Positions 34,862-43,866 of a DNA stretch of 64,000 nucleotides are shown here, in pieces. The stretch is from the NCBI GenBank assembly GCA_963737655.1, contig CAVTTN010000002.1:6016001-6080000 (forward strand), written 5' to 3'. A program made the translations under genes and the position numbers. The stretch is from an uncultured Planctomycetota bacterium (GTDB lineage: Bacteria; Planctomycetota; Planctomycetia; Isosphaerales; Isosphaeraceae). Position 1 is the stretch's first letter, and each line of letters begins with the position of its first letter. The notes beneath the pieces were generated by a model. The model was not told the DNA's origin. It saw nothing but the letters and a program-made list of their open reading frames with translations, and made no database searches.

Positions 34862-35286
34862 TCGGCGGGGAGATCTTGATCCTTGAGGACGATGGCGACC
34901 GGGTCCGTCGCTTCGAGAAGGCCTTGCGCGCGATCGCCCCGGCTCTGCCGATTCGGTTCTGGCGAGACGCCCACGCGATGAGCCGCGAGCTGGGGGACCA
35001 CCTGGCCGAGGCTCGCCTGATCTCCCTGGACCACGACCTGGAGCCTTCTCCGGGCGACCCGCCGGACCTTGGCGATGGCCTCGGGGTCGCCCGATCCCTG
35101 GTCGCTCATCCCCAGCCCTGTCCCGTGATCATCCATAGCAGCAACACCTTGCGCTCCGGGTGGATGGCCGGCGAATTCGAGCTTGGGGGCTGGTCGTGCC
35201 GCCGAGTCCCGCCGATCGGCGAGCGATGGATCGAGGAACACTGGCGGGTCGTGGCCCGCGAACTGCTTCGGGGCGGCCTCGCCTGA
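34858..35286 (+). CDS. Cyclic-phosphate processing receiver (cREC) domain protein
   Basis: ILILEDD.DR, ISLDHDL, GDGLGVA, VIIHSSN motifs; GTGA overlap with the previous gene. Confidence 0.8.
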   Translation: MIGGEILILEDDGDRVRRFEKALRAIAPALPIRFWRDAHAMSRELGDHLAEARLISLDHDLEPSPGDPPDLGDGLGVARSLVAHPQPCPVIIHSSNTLRSGWMAGEFELGGWSCRRVPPIGERWIEEHWRVVARELLRGGLA

Positions 35287-35575
35287 TCCCCTTCCCCGTG
35301 GCCCGAGGTTGCCTCGGCGGAAATCCATGGATGGGCTAGGCTTCGGCTCCTATCGAACGGCTCCGGAGCGGCGAGGGCGTGGCGTTTCGGCCCCAATGCT
35401 TGCATCTGATCCGGGCGATCCGGAGCGAGCGGTTCCAGATCGGCAACAATCGCGGGAAGATCAACGGTTGGGTCTCGGGCGGGGCGATTTTCGGGCGGTG
35501 CGTCCGGGTCGAGGACTGGCGAGGCGGTCGCGGTTCGGTCAGAATACCGGCCTCGATCCCGAGGGAGGCCCGACC

Positions 35576-36091
35576 ATGACCGACGACATCCCGAGCCTGT
35601 ATGCCTATCATCGATGGGCCGATGAGCGGATGATCGCCGCGTGCCGAGGATTGGCGCCGGAGGTCTATGCCGAGGCCGAGCCGTTCGAGGTCGGCTGGCC
35701 GTCGATCCGCTCGGTGGTGGTCCATCTGGCGTGGGCCGGCGACCTCTGGTCGCGGCGGTTCCGGGGAGAATCCTCGACCGCCCGGGTGGCCGAGACCGAC
35801 TGGCCGACCCTGGACGAGGCGGCGCAACGTCTTTTCGACAGCCATGATCGGTTCGCTCGCGAGATCCTTCCGACGATGACTCCGGAGCGGCTCGCCTCGG
35901 ACCTGGTGTATCGGAACATCCAGGACATCGAGTACCGCGTCCCCCGGTGGGCGGCGCTCCGGCATGTGGTCAATCATGGGACGTATCATCGAGGCCAGGT
36001 CGCCTCGAAGCTCAAGAGGCGGGGGATCACCCCGCCGGCCACCGACCTGGTCCTCTGGGCGTTCGAATGGACCCCTCAGCCGGGGGCGTGA
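35576..36091 (+). CDS. DinB family protein
   Basis: LYAYHRWADERM, SIRSVVVHL...W, LRHVVNHGTYHRGQ...PPATD; GGGAGG RBS. Confidence 0.93.
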   Translation: MTDDIPSLYAYHRWADERMIAACRGLAPEVYAEAEPFEVGWPSIRSVVVHLAWAGDLWSRRFRGESSTARVAETDWPTLDEAAQRLFDSHDRFAREILPTMTPERLASDLVYRNIQDIEYRVPRWAALRHVVNHGTYHRGQVASKLKRRGITPPATDLVLWAFEWTPQPGA

Positions 36092-36285
36092 CGCCTCGCG
36101 GGGCCTTCGGAAGCTTCGCGGAAGACACACGTTGCACCCGAGACGCCGCGAGCGGGTCGATTTCGGCTTTCTTTCGCCGACGGGGCGTTGAATCGCCCCT
36201 CGGGACGGACTAGCCTGGAGGGGGCCGCGTGGTCGCGGGCCCTCGATGGCTGCCCGCGCCTCTTCCCCGTTCCGGAGCCTCTCCC

Positions 36286-36948
36286 ATGCCCGGGCCAAGC
36301 GTCCCGTACCGCGAGATCGTCCGCGCCCAGGGCGTGGCGAGCGAGGCCGCGTTCGAGGACGGCGACGACCTCCGCCGCCTCCGCCAGATGGTCGATGCCG
36401 TGGACGGCGTGACCTGGAACCGGGCGGCGAAGCGGTATGAGATCGACCCCCGGCTGTTCGAGGCGGTCCACCCGTCGTATCGCCCCCTGATCGAGTCGGC
36501 CGTGGCGAGGGCGGGCTGCGACCCCCTGGTGATCGACGCCCATACCGAGGTCGTGCGGGCGCAGTCGGGCGAGGACCTGGGCAAGAAGGTGGAGGAGGCG
36601 CTCAAGGCCCTGAACGAGACGGCCGAGGTGGTCCAGAGGGTCCGCACCCTGATCGACGGGACGATCGCCACGAAGGCGACGTGGTGGGGCGTCCAGGTCG
36701 ACCTGAAGCAGGACGCGGCCTCGGCCCTGGCCGAGCTGGTCAGCAAGGACCTGAACATGATGTTGGCGGCGGTCTCGGCCTATTCGCCCCACGTGGCGCC
36801 GATCCTGGCCGTGACGCTGCCGGCCGGGTTCCTCCTGAAGGGCTGGATCGAGAAGGCCAATGGTCCGGCCGGGGTCCGCCTGGAGCTGATGTTCTGGATC
36901 CTGCCCTACGTCTCGGCCCTGCCGCCGGGTTCGCCGGCCTCCGTGTGA
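36286..36948 (+). CDS. Hypothetical protein with hydrophobic C-terminal domain (candidate protease-activated precursor)
   Basis: 220 aa with strong GC3 bias; two E[IV]VRAQ motifs; C-terminal KATWWGVQVDL...hydrophobic stretch...GVRL. Confidence 0.8.
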   Translation: MPGPSVPYREIVRAQGVASEAAFEDGDDLRRLRQMVDAVDGVTWNRAAKRYEIDPRLFEAVHPSYRPLIESAVARAGCDPLVIDAHTEVVRAQSGEDLGKKVEEALKALNETAEVVQRVRTLIDGTIATKATWWGVQVDLKQDAASALAELVSKDLNMMLAAVSAYSPHVAPILAVTLPAGFLLKGWIEKANGPAGVRLELMFWILPYVSALPPGSPASV

Positions 36949-37091
36949 GTCGGTCCGCGTCGGACCGCGTGGTGGTGCCCGCCATTCTGGCGGATCGGCT
37001 GCCGTTTTGGCGGATCGGCGGGCCGAGGCCGGCCGTTTAAACGACCCCGGCCCCGGGCCGATGGCCCCGAATCTCGTCGGAAGTCGATGCG

Positions 37092-38624
37092 ATGCCCGAA
37101 TCGTCCCGAATCCCGAATCTCGAGCCCGGCATGCTGATCCGGGTGATCGTCCGCGAGCTTCCCCGGCATGGCCAGGGGCTGGCCAGCCTGTGGCGGATCT
37201 TCACGGCCGATCCGGCGGTGGCGTCGGAGTCCTCCGGGCCGTCGGAGGTCTTCCGCTCCCGGGCCTCCGTGCGGTGCGAGGTGTCCCTGAACGACGAGCT
37301 GATCCACCTGCTGGGCAGGACCCATCGGTTCGTGGCCGTCCGCAAGGCGCCCCGGAGATATCTCGTGCCTTTGAGGCGTCCCGAGCTGGTTTCCCCGCAA
37401 TCGGCGACGGTTTCGGCCGGGCTCGATCGCCGGAAGCGGCTGGACGAGCAGTTCGAGGGCCGGGTGGACCGGCTGGTCCACGAGCTGGAGGCGCTCGGCC
37501 CGGTCGTCCGCAAGGAGACAGCCGGCCTGGAGTTAGCGATGGCCGCCGGGGGCGTCGAGGCCGAGCCGATCGTGGTCCGGGCCCTGCCGGCCTTGAACCT
37601 GATGCTGGTCTCCGGCCCCCCCCAGGCCGCCGAGATCCTGACCCGGCCGGGGGCGCCGTCGCCGGTGGACATCACCGAGATCAAGATCACCCTGCCCGAC
37701 GCCGGGAGCCCCCGGGGGCCGTCGCCCTCGACCGAGGCGGCCCTCGAACCCTGGCATCTTCGCAACCTCCCGGCGTTCGTGCCGATGGGCACCGGCCCCC
37801 GGCCCTCGGTCGGGATCGGGTTCGCCGACACGGGGATCTCCGGCGACGTGGTCGCGGCCGAATTCGCCGGCCGGGCCCCCCGGTTCGCCGAGTTCTCGTC
37901 CCGGGGGTCGAAGGTCGGGACCCTGCCCAAGGACGTCAGCGACGACGGCCACGGCTCCGGCGTCGTGACCCTGGCCGCCGGATCGCGCCGGGGGATCGCC
38001 CCCGACGCCTCGGTCGCCGTCGCCCAGTGCTTCCGCAAGGACCGGACGGCCGACCCCGAGCAGATCATCGAGGGCCTGAGCTGGCTGGTCGAGACCCTGG
38101 AGGCCCAGAACCCCCTGGGCCTGAACCTGATCAACTGCTCCTTCGGGATCGTCGGCGCGGCCGGAGTCGAGCCGACCGAGACGTTCCGGTCGATCGTCGA
38201 GACCCTCCTGGAGAGGCGGATCGGCCTGGTGGCCGCCGTGGGGAATTACGGGCCCGGCCAGATGGTCTGCCCCGGCAGCTACCCGGAGGTCATCGCCGTC
38301 GGCGCCCTTGACCGGGACGCGAAACTCTACGCAAACTGTTGTTATGGATACGGGCCGTCGGGACGCTACTTCAAGCCGGACTTCGTCGCCCCGGGCCAGG
38401 ACGTGGTCACGCTGGACGCCCGGGCCCGGCCCGTCCTTCGCGAGGGCACGTCCTTTGCATCTCCCCTGGTGGTGGGCCTCGCGGCCCGGGCCTTCCAGGC
38501 TCGTCCGGGTTTCGCGATCACTTCGGCCATCCAGGCCGATATTCGAGGGTGGCTCACGTCGCTCGGGACGCCCCTGCCGATCGGCCAGGCCCCCCACGGC
38601 GGGACCACCCGTCGGCTCCTGTGA
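37092..38624 (+). CDS. S8 subtilase-family serine protease, no signal peptide
   Basis: Asp (FADTG), His (DGHGSGV), oxyanion Asn (AAVGNYG), Ser (GTSFASP), KPDFVAPG. Confidence 0.92.
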   Translation: MPESSRIPNLEPGMLIRVIVRELPRHGQGLASLWRIFTADPAVASESSGPSEVFRSRASVRCEVSLNDELIHLLGRTHRFVAVRKAPRRYLVPLRRPELVSPQSATVSAGLDRRKRLDEQFEGRVDRLVHELEALGPVVRKETAGLELAMAAGGVEAEPIVVRALPALNLMLVSGPPQAAEILTRPGAPSPVDITEIKITLPDAGSPRGPSPSTEAALEPWHLRNLPAFVPMGTGPRPSVGIGFADTGISGDVVAAEFAGRAPRFAEFSSRGSKVGTLPKDVSDDGHGSGVVTLAAGSRRGIAPDASVAVAQCFRKDRTADPEQIIEGLSWLVETLEAQNPLGLNLINCSFGIVGAAGVEPTETFRSIVETLLERRIGLVAAVGNYGPGQMVCPGSYPEVIAVGALDRDAKLYANCCYGYGPSGRYFKPDFVAPGQDVVTLDARARPVLREGTSFASPLVVGLAARAFQARPGFAITSAIQADIRGWLTSLGTPLPIGQAPHGGTTRRLL

Positions 38625-38809
38625 ACCCGGGTCGTCCGTCTCCGGTCGAATTTCGGTGTCTTTCGGGCGAACATGAGTTAGGATCGGCGTGAGGGAGGAA
38701 GGTCCCGTTGGTGGTTCCGGCCGGGGATGATAGGCTCGCGAGCGTCGCCACCCGATCCGGACCCGAGAGGGAGGGAGCGGCCTTTCGAAGGCCGCCCGAG
38801 GTCATCACG

Positions 38810-39094
38810 ATGGAAAACCAGAAGCTCATCCTCGAAGTCCTCGCCAGTTCCCCCGGCGCCGACGCCTCGCTCAAGGCCCGCGATTCCGCGGTCCGGCAGG
38901 CCAAGAGGGACGTCTGGGCCGAGGTCCACGCGATGTATCCCGGGCTGGAGGTCAGCGGCCTCAACTCGCTCTTCCCCGTGATGGTGATCTCCGGGCCCAG
39001 CGACCTCCTCCAGTCGATCCGCCACGGGATCATGGCCTGGCTGCCCAACCGCGTCCGCCGGGTCGAGTCCGCCTGGACGGCCAACCTCCTCTGA
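38810..39094 (+). CDS. Small protein resembling a stand-alone subtilase propeptide (I9-like)
   Basis: 94 aa; LFPVMVISGPSDLLQSI resembles ALNLMLVSGPPQAAEIL in the pro-region of the upstream protease. Confidence 0.65.
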   Translation: MENQKLILEVLASSPGADASLKARDSAVRQAKRDVWAEVHAMYPGLEVSGLNSLFPVMVISGPSDLLQSIRHGIMAWLPNRVRRVESAWTANLL

Positions 39095-39249
39095 TCCCGC
39101 GACCGAGGAGCCTCCGGGCGAGGCGAAAACCGCCCCGTCTGGATCTCTGGGCGGTGAACGCACGATCAGGAAGCGCCCGCGTCCCGGGCGGACCGCGTCG
39201 CCCCTTGCCGCCAGGGCGGTTCACTCTCGGATCGCGCACGCCGGTTCTT

Positions 39250-39308
39250 CGTAGGGCAGGCCTCGGCCTGCCGTCCCCACGGATCGGCAGGCCGAGGCCT
39301 GCCTTACG
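39250..39308. repeat. Inverted pair of GTAG-type REP-like palindromes
   Basis: CGTAGGGCAGGCCTCGGCCTGCCG, 11-nt spacer, CGGCAGGCCGAGGCCTGCCTTACG; each unit is internally palindromic. Confidence 0.7.
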
Positions 39309-39577
39309 TGTGTGCGACCCGAGAGTGATCCGCTGGAGGGCGGGCCTGGCTCGGAATCCCGGGGATGGGGTTTCACGATCGCTTCGATTCCCCAGGTTCG
39401 AGGACCGGGGAATCGAGGCGACGAGCCGATCTCCGGAATCCGGAGTCACACCCCCAGCCCTCCAATTCTCCCGATTCTCGCCTCCCCTTCGTGCCGATAT
39501 GGTATTAAAATGGGTAGGCTGAACAGGAAGGGCGGGATGATACCACGCCCGGAGATATGTGGGGGGCGAGCGATCCG

Positions 39578-40618
39578 ATGGCCGAGACTGCCGACCTCTC
39601 GTGGGACGAGGCCCATCATGCCCTGGTCCCCCTGATGCGCGCCGACAACCGGACGAACCTCAAGTTCATCGCCGGCGAGTACCTGGGGCTGGTCGTCTCC
39701 CTGGGCCTGTCTTCCTGGGCCTATCTGGCCTGGTCCGGCGGGCGGCTCCCCCTGCTCGGGTTCCTGCCCGTGGCGGCGGTGGGGATCGTGGCCATCGCCG
39801 CGTTCCAGCATCGGCTCTCGGGCCTGGCCCACGACGCCAGCCACTACACGCTGTTCCGCAACAAGCTGGCGAACGAATTGGCCAGTGATCTCCTGTTGAT
39901 GTTCCCGCTGATGGCGATGACCCAGAAGTTCCGCAACACCCACAGCGGCCATCATCGGTTCGTGAACGACCCCCAACGTGACCCGGACCTCCGCCGGCTC
40001 CAGGGGGACGAGGACCACCCGTTCCCGATGCCCAAGCCCCGCTTCTGGTTCCGTTACGTGGTCAAGGGCCTCTGGCTACCCTCCCTCTGGGCCTATCTCT
40101 ACGGCCAGGCCCACAACGCCAACGCCGGATCGGGCGACGACACCCCCGAGATCCGCGCGGTCTATCGCTTCCGGATCGGCCGGATGATGCGAGGGTGCTA
40201 CTGGCTGAGCGTCCTGACGATCGTTCATGCGTTGCATGCCTGGCCGATCTTCTTGCTGTTCTGGGTGGTCCCGTTGCTCACGGCGTATCCCATCTTCATG
40301 CAGTTGCGGGAGATCGCCCATCACTCCAACGCCCCGGACGACGGCGACCTGACGAACTCTCGGGTGTTTCGCGTGAATCCGCTCCTGAACGCCTGCGTGT
40401 TCCCCTACGGGCAGGACTTCCACGTCACCCACCACCTCTTCGCCATGCTCCCGCACTACCGGATGGCCGAGGCCCACGAGATCCTCCGGCGCTATCCCCC
40501 GTACCGGGAACAGGTCGTGGTCTGCCGGGGCTACTTCTTCCGGACGATCGGCACCGCCGGCCCGTCGGTCCTGGACGTGCTCTCGAAGGCCCCGGGCCCG
40601 GTGTCGGCGGAAGTTTGA
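39578..40618 (+). CDS. Membrane fatty acid desaturase family protein
   Basis: His boxes HDASH, HSGHH, HVTHH plus EIAHH; TM segments. Confidence 0.9.
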   Translation: MAETADLSWDEAHHALVPLMRADNRTNLKFIAGEYLGLVVSLGLSSWAYLAWSGGRLPLLGFLPVAAVGIVAIAAFQHRLSGLAHDASHYTLFRNKLANELASDLLLMFPLMAMTQKFRNTHSGHHRFVNDPQRDPDLRRLQGDEDHPFPMPKPRFWFRYVVKGLWLPSLWAYLYGQAHNANAGSGDDTPEIRAVYRFRIGRMMRGCYWLSVLTIVHALHAWPIFLLFWVVPLLTAYPIFMQLREIAHHSNAPDDGDLTNSRVFRVNPLLNACVFPYGQDFHVTHHLFAMLPHYRMAEAHEILRRYPPYREQVVVCRGYFFRTIGTAGPSVLDVLSKAPGPVSAEV

Positions 40619-41043
40619 ACGTGTCTTGAAGCGACGACATGGAGACGCCCCCGCCCGATCGGGCCGAAGTTCGACGACGAGGGCCGACGCCGCCCCTCTC
40701 TCCCCCTCATCCCAGACCATCGGGACCGACCCCCCGGGCCGATCGCTCGATCGGCGGGAGGGGCTGCGCGTGACATCTTAATGTCACGAAGAATTCACGA
40801 CAGGCCCATGACACTCCGGCCGCTCGCCGGAGGACGGACCCCAGGGCCAAATCCGGGCGTTCGGCGGGTGGATGGGCGTGCGTGGGCCGCGACGCAAGTC
40901 TTTTGGTGTTGACCGGTTTCGCCAAACCGAGCAAAGTATTGACGTGTGCGGTGTCTTGTGCGCGCATCGGTCGTTGCCATCACGAAACGCCTTGTTTTCC
41001 GGGCGATTTCGCACTTTTTACGCGAAAAGTGTTGTCCACTTCG

Positions 41044-41123
41044 GGGAAAATGGTGTCGGATCACATTTCGGGCAGGAAATGTGATCCGACACCATTTTCC
41101 CGCCGTGATCTGACACCATTTTC
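41044..41123. repeat. Perfect 26-bp inverted repeat plus a third partial copy
   Basis: GGGAAAATGGTGTCGGATCACATTTC (41044-41069), 6-nt loop, GAAATGTGATCCGACACCATTTTCCC (41076-41101); GTGATCTGACACCATTTTC at 41105-41123. Confidence 0.85.
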
Positions 41124-41228
41124 GGCATTTCGAGGAATGGCCGGGGTCGTCGAGCGTAAGAGAGGGGAGCACAGGACGCCGCGCCGGGCCCTCCGCGATG
41201 GGCCGATCGGACAGAAAGGCCGCCGCCG

Positions 41229-42149
41229 ATGAGTCTGCTCTCTCAGGGATCGACGGGTCAAGAGGTGAAGAACCTCCAGGTTGCCCTGAATTACCACCTG
41301 CCCAGGGCCCCGACCCTCGTCGTCGACGGGGCGTTCGGGCCGCGGACGGCCGCCCTCGTCGTGCAGTTCCAGAGGCTTCACGGGCTGGGGGTGGATGGGT
41401 TGGTCGGGCCCGAGACGTCGGCGGCGCTGTATAGCTTCGTCACGCTGTCCCATCATCTCCTGCCGGTGGGTTATGGCCTGGCGGCCCGGTCGGCGGCGCT
41501 GCTGGCGTTCTCGATCGGGGGGGATGACCCGCCGTCGCCGGACCCCTCGCCGTTCCCGTTCCCGCCGCTGCCTCCGCTCCAACTGCCGTTCCCGAACAGC
41601 GTCCCGCCGTTGCCGTCGTTCCTCCAGCCGCCGCGATTGCAGCTGGACCCCTCGCTGTTCCCGTTCTCCCAGAACGTGGAATTCGAGCTGGAGGCCGGGC
41701 AGGAGACCAGCTTCAAGAGGAACCTGAGCACCGGCCAGACCGACCGCGAGGTCGCCCTGGCCACCGACCTGAAGGCGACGGTCTGGAGCGCGCCGATCGG
41801 CAAGCACCTGGAGGTCTCCGGCGGGGGCGGGTTCCTGATCGAGAAGCGGGTCCGGCCGTCGCCGCAGACCGAAGTGAGCGTTTATATCTTCGCCAAGGCC
41901 GAGACCAAGGACATCCTCAAGCTCGGCCCCCTGGAGATCGCCAAGATCGAGGCCGAGGCGCAGGTCGACCCCAAGGCGTTCGCCCAGGGCCCGCCGGACA
42001 TGTCCGCCACGCTGACCGTCGGACCCGAGGTCGAGACCCTCGGCGGCAAGCTGACCTTCGGGCCCGGCGCCTATCTCGAATACAAGACCAACGGGACGGT
42101 GCATACCTTGACCCCCGGGGTGAAGATCTCGGGGACGTGGCATTTCTAG
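41229..42149 (+). CDS. Peptidoglycan-binding domain protein with Pro-rich linker and beta-strand-rich C-terminal domain
   Basis: LSQGSTGQEVKNLQVALN...VDGAFGPRTAALVVQFQRLHGLGVDGLVGPET (PG_binding_1); ends in GVKISGTWHF. Confidence 0.85.
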   Translation: MSLLSQGSTGQEVKNLQVALNYHLPRAPTLVVDGAFGPRTAALVVQFQRLHGLGVDGLVGPETSAALYSFVTLSHHLLPVGYGLAARSAALLAFSIGGDDPPSPDPSPFPFPPLPPLQLPFPNSVPPLPSFLQPPRLQLDPSLFPFSQNVEFELEAGQETSFKRNLSTGQTDREVALATDLKATVWSAPIGKHLEVSGGGGFLIEKRVRPSPQTEVSVYIFAKAETKDILKLGPLEIAKIEAEAQVDPKAFAQGPPDMSATLTVGPEVETLGGKLTFGPGAYLEYKTNGTVHTLTPGVKISGTWHF

Positions 42150-42318
42150 GGCCGCGACGGGCACGAGGGAAGACACAGGAACGACGGGGACCCGCCGTCG
42201 TCTCCATGTCTTCGTCGGGTCCCGCCTGGGCCGACAAGAGGCCCTCTCAGGTTCGGGATCTTGGTCATGATCCCGGTCATGACCAATCGCCTGACCGTCC
42301 GCCTGGTCCGATGGAGGA

Positions 42319-43866
42319 TCACGGGCGCAGTTCCCAGGCGTCGAGCGACCGGAGCCGGGCCGGGCCTCCGGTCGCGAAGAGCTCGACCCCGAGGCTGGCG
42401 GGCGCGGGGAAGACCTGATCGGTCAGGACGGCCCGGCCGCCGTCGGCGAACACCTCGACCGAGGTGGCGTCGAGGACGACGTGGAGCTGCACCGGACCCT
42501 GGAATGTGCCCGGGGCGAGGCTCGCGGAGTGGCGGCCGGCGAAGTGCGGGCTGAAGCCGACGGCCCCGGAGCGCGTCCGGTCCACGAACACCGTGCCCGA
42601 GCGGCGATCGAACCCGATCGCGGTCTCCTCGCCGTTTCCGCAGCGGACCTTGATCCCGAATTCCCCGGCATCGCCGCCGTCGAACTCGGCGAGGATCTCC
42701 ATCGAGGCCCCCGCGATGCCGTCCCCTCGAAGGGACGTCGATCCGGCGGGCATCGGGCGGGCGGCGAGGGCGTGGTGGTCGCGCCGGAGCGTCTTCAAGG
42801 TCTCCACCGGGGCCTGGACGATGCGGAAACCGTCGTCCGTCTTGCGGAGCGAGACGGTCCGGGGGATCGTCATGGCCCCTCGCCAGGGCGCGGTCGGGAT
42901 CTCGTTGGCGTATTGCCAGTTGTTCATCCAGGCGATCCAGACCGGGCGAGCCCCGGGGGCGTCGTTCCAGGTCTGCGAGGCGTAAAAATCCTTGCCGAAG
43001 TCGATCCAGAGGGGATCGTCGGTCTTCCCCTCGGCGCGGAATGACGTGCCGTCGAACCGGCCGACGAAGTACTGGCCGCCCGAGCCGCCGAACGGCGCGC
43101 CGTCATTGACATCGACCTTGAGGACCCATCGGGTCTCGCCGTCGTCGCCGTTTTCCACGGGGGCCTCGAACAGCTCGGGACATTCCCAGACGCCCTTGGC
43201 GGAGCCGGCGGGGCCGAAGTCGCCGAGCGGCTCCCAGGCCTTGAGGTCCTTCGAGCCCCAGAGGCGGACCTTGCGATCGTCGGCCAGGACGGTGGCCATG
43301 ATCCAGCGATCGGTCGGCCCGTGGCGGAAGACCTTGGGGTCGCGGAACGAGTTGGAGTGGAGGTCGAGCACGGGGTTGCCGGGGAACTTCGCCCAGGTCC
43401 GGCCGCGATCGGTGCTGGAGGCGAGGTTCTGCGTCTGCGTCTTGTGGCCGTCTCCGGTGTAGACGGCGACCATCGGCGGAGAGTCCGGGCGGCCGAGGCC
43501 CGAGGTGTTCTTCGCGTCGAAGACCGCGCTGCCGGAGAAGATCATGATGCCGTCCTGCTCCCGGAGGGCGATGGGAAGATGTTCCCATCGCAGGAGGTCG
43601 CGGCTGACGGCGTGGCCCCAGCTCATGTGGCCCCAGCGGTCTCCCTCGGGGTTGTGCTGGTAGAACAGGTGGTACTCGCCATCGAGGAAGACCAGCCCGT
43701 TGGGGTCGTTGATGAAGTTTCGGGGGGGCGTGAAGTGGAACCGAGGGCGAGGGCCTTCGGGGCCGTCGGCCCGGGCGAGGGGGCCGGCCCCGAGGCCGAT
43801 CGCGGCGAAACAGGCGGCGAGGATCGCGGTGCGCATGAGGTGTTTCCCCGGGGTTCGAAGGCTCAT
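42319..43866 (-). CDS. Glycoside hydrolase family 32 (levanase / beta-fructosidase), secreted
   Basis: FINDPNG, WGHAVS.DL, FSGSAV, FRDPKV, WECPEL, DFYASQTW, SVEVF. Confidence 0.95.
   Translation of the reverse strand: MSLRTPGKHLMRTAILAACFAAIGLGAGPLARADGPEGPRPRFHFTPPRNFINDPNGLVFLDGEYHLFYQHNPEGDRWGHMSWGHAVSRDLLRWEHLPIALREQDGIMIFSGSAVFDAKNTSGLGRPDSPPMVAVYTGDGHKTQTQNLASSTDRGRTWAKFPGNPVLDLHSNSFRDPKVFRHGPTDRWIMATVLADDRKVRLWGSKDLKAWEPLGDFGPAGSAKGVWECPELFEAPVENGDDGETRWVLKVDVNDGAPFGGSGGQYFVGRFDGTSFRAEGKTDDPLWIDFGKDFYASQTWNDAPGARPVWIAWMNNWQYANEIPTAPWRGAMTIPRTVSLRKTDDGFRIVQAPVETLKTLRRDHHALAARPMPAGSTSLRGDGIAGASMEILAEFDGGDAGEFGIKVRCGNGEETAIGFDRRSGTVFVDRTRSGAVGFSPHFAGRHSASLAPGTFQGPVQLHVVLDATSVEVFADGGRAVLTDQVFPAPASLGVELFATGGPARLRSLDAWELRP

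Noticed and set aside
36286..36948. Bacterial gasdermin next to a protease
   Set aside because: No N-terminal palmitoylated Cys and no gasdermin beta-strand pattern; the protein looks mainly helical. Kept only as an analogy.
39095..39570. Structured ncRNA or tRNA in this intergenic region (also checked 49331-49875 and 62981-63309)
   Set aside because: GC-rich hairpins only; no cloverleaf or recognisable riboswitch, tmRNA or RNase P motifs by eye. An Infernal/Rfam scan would be decisive.
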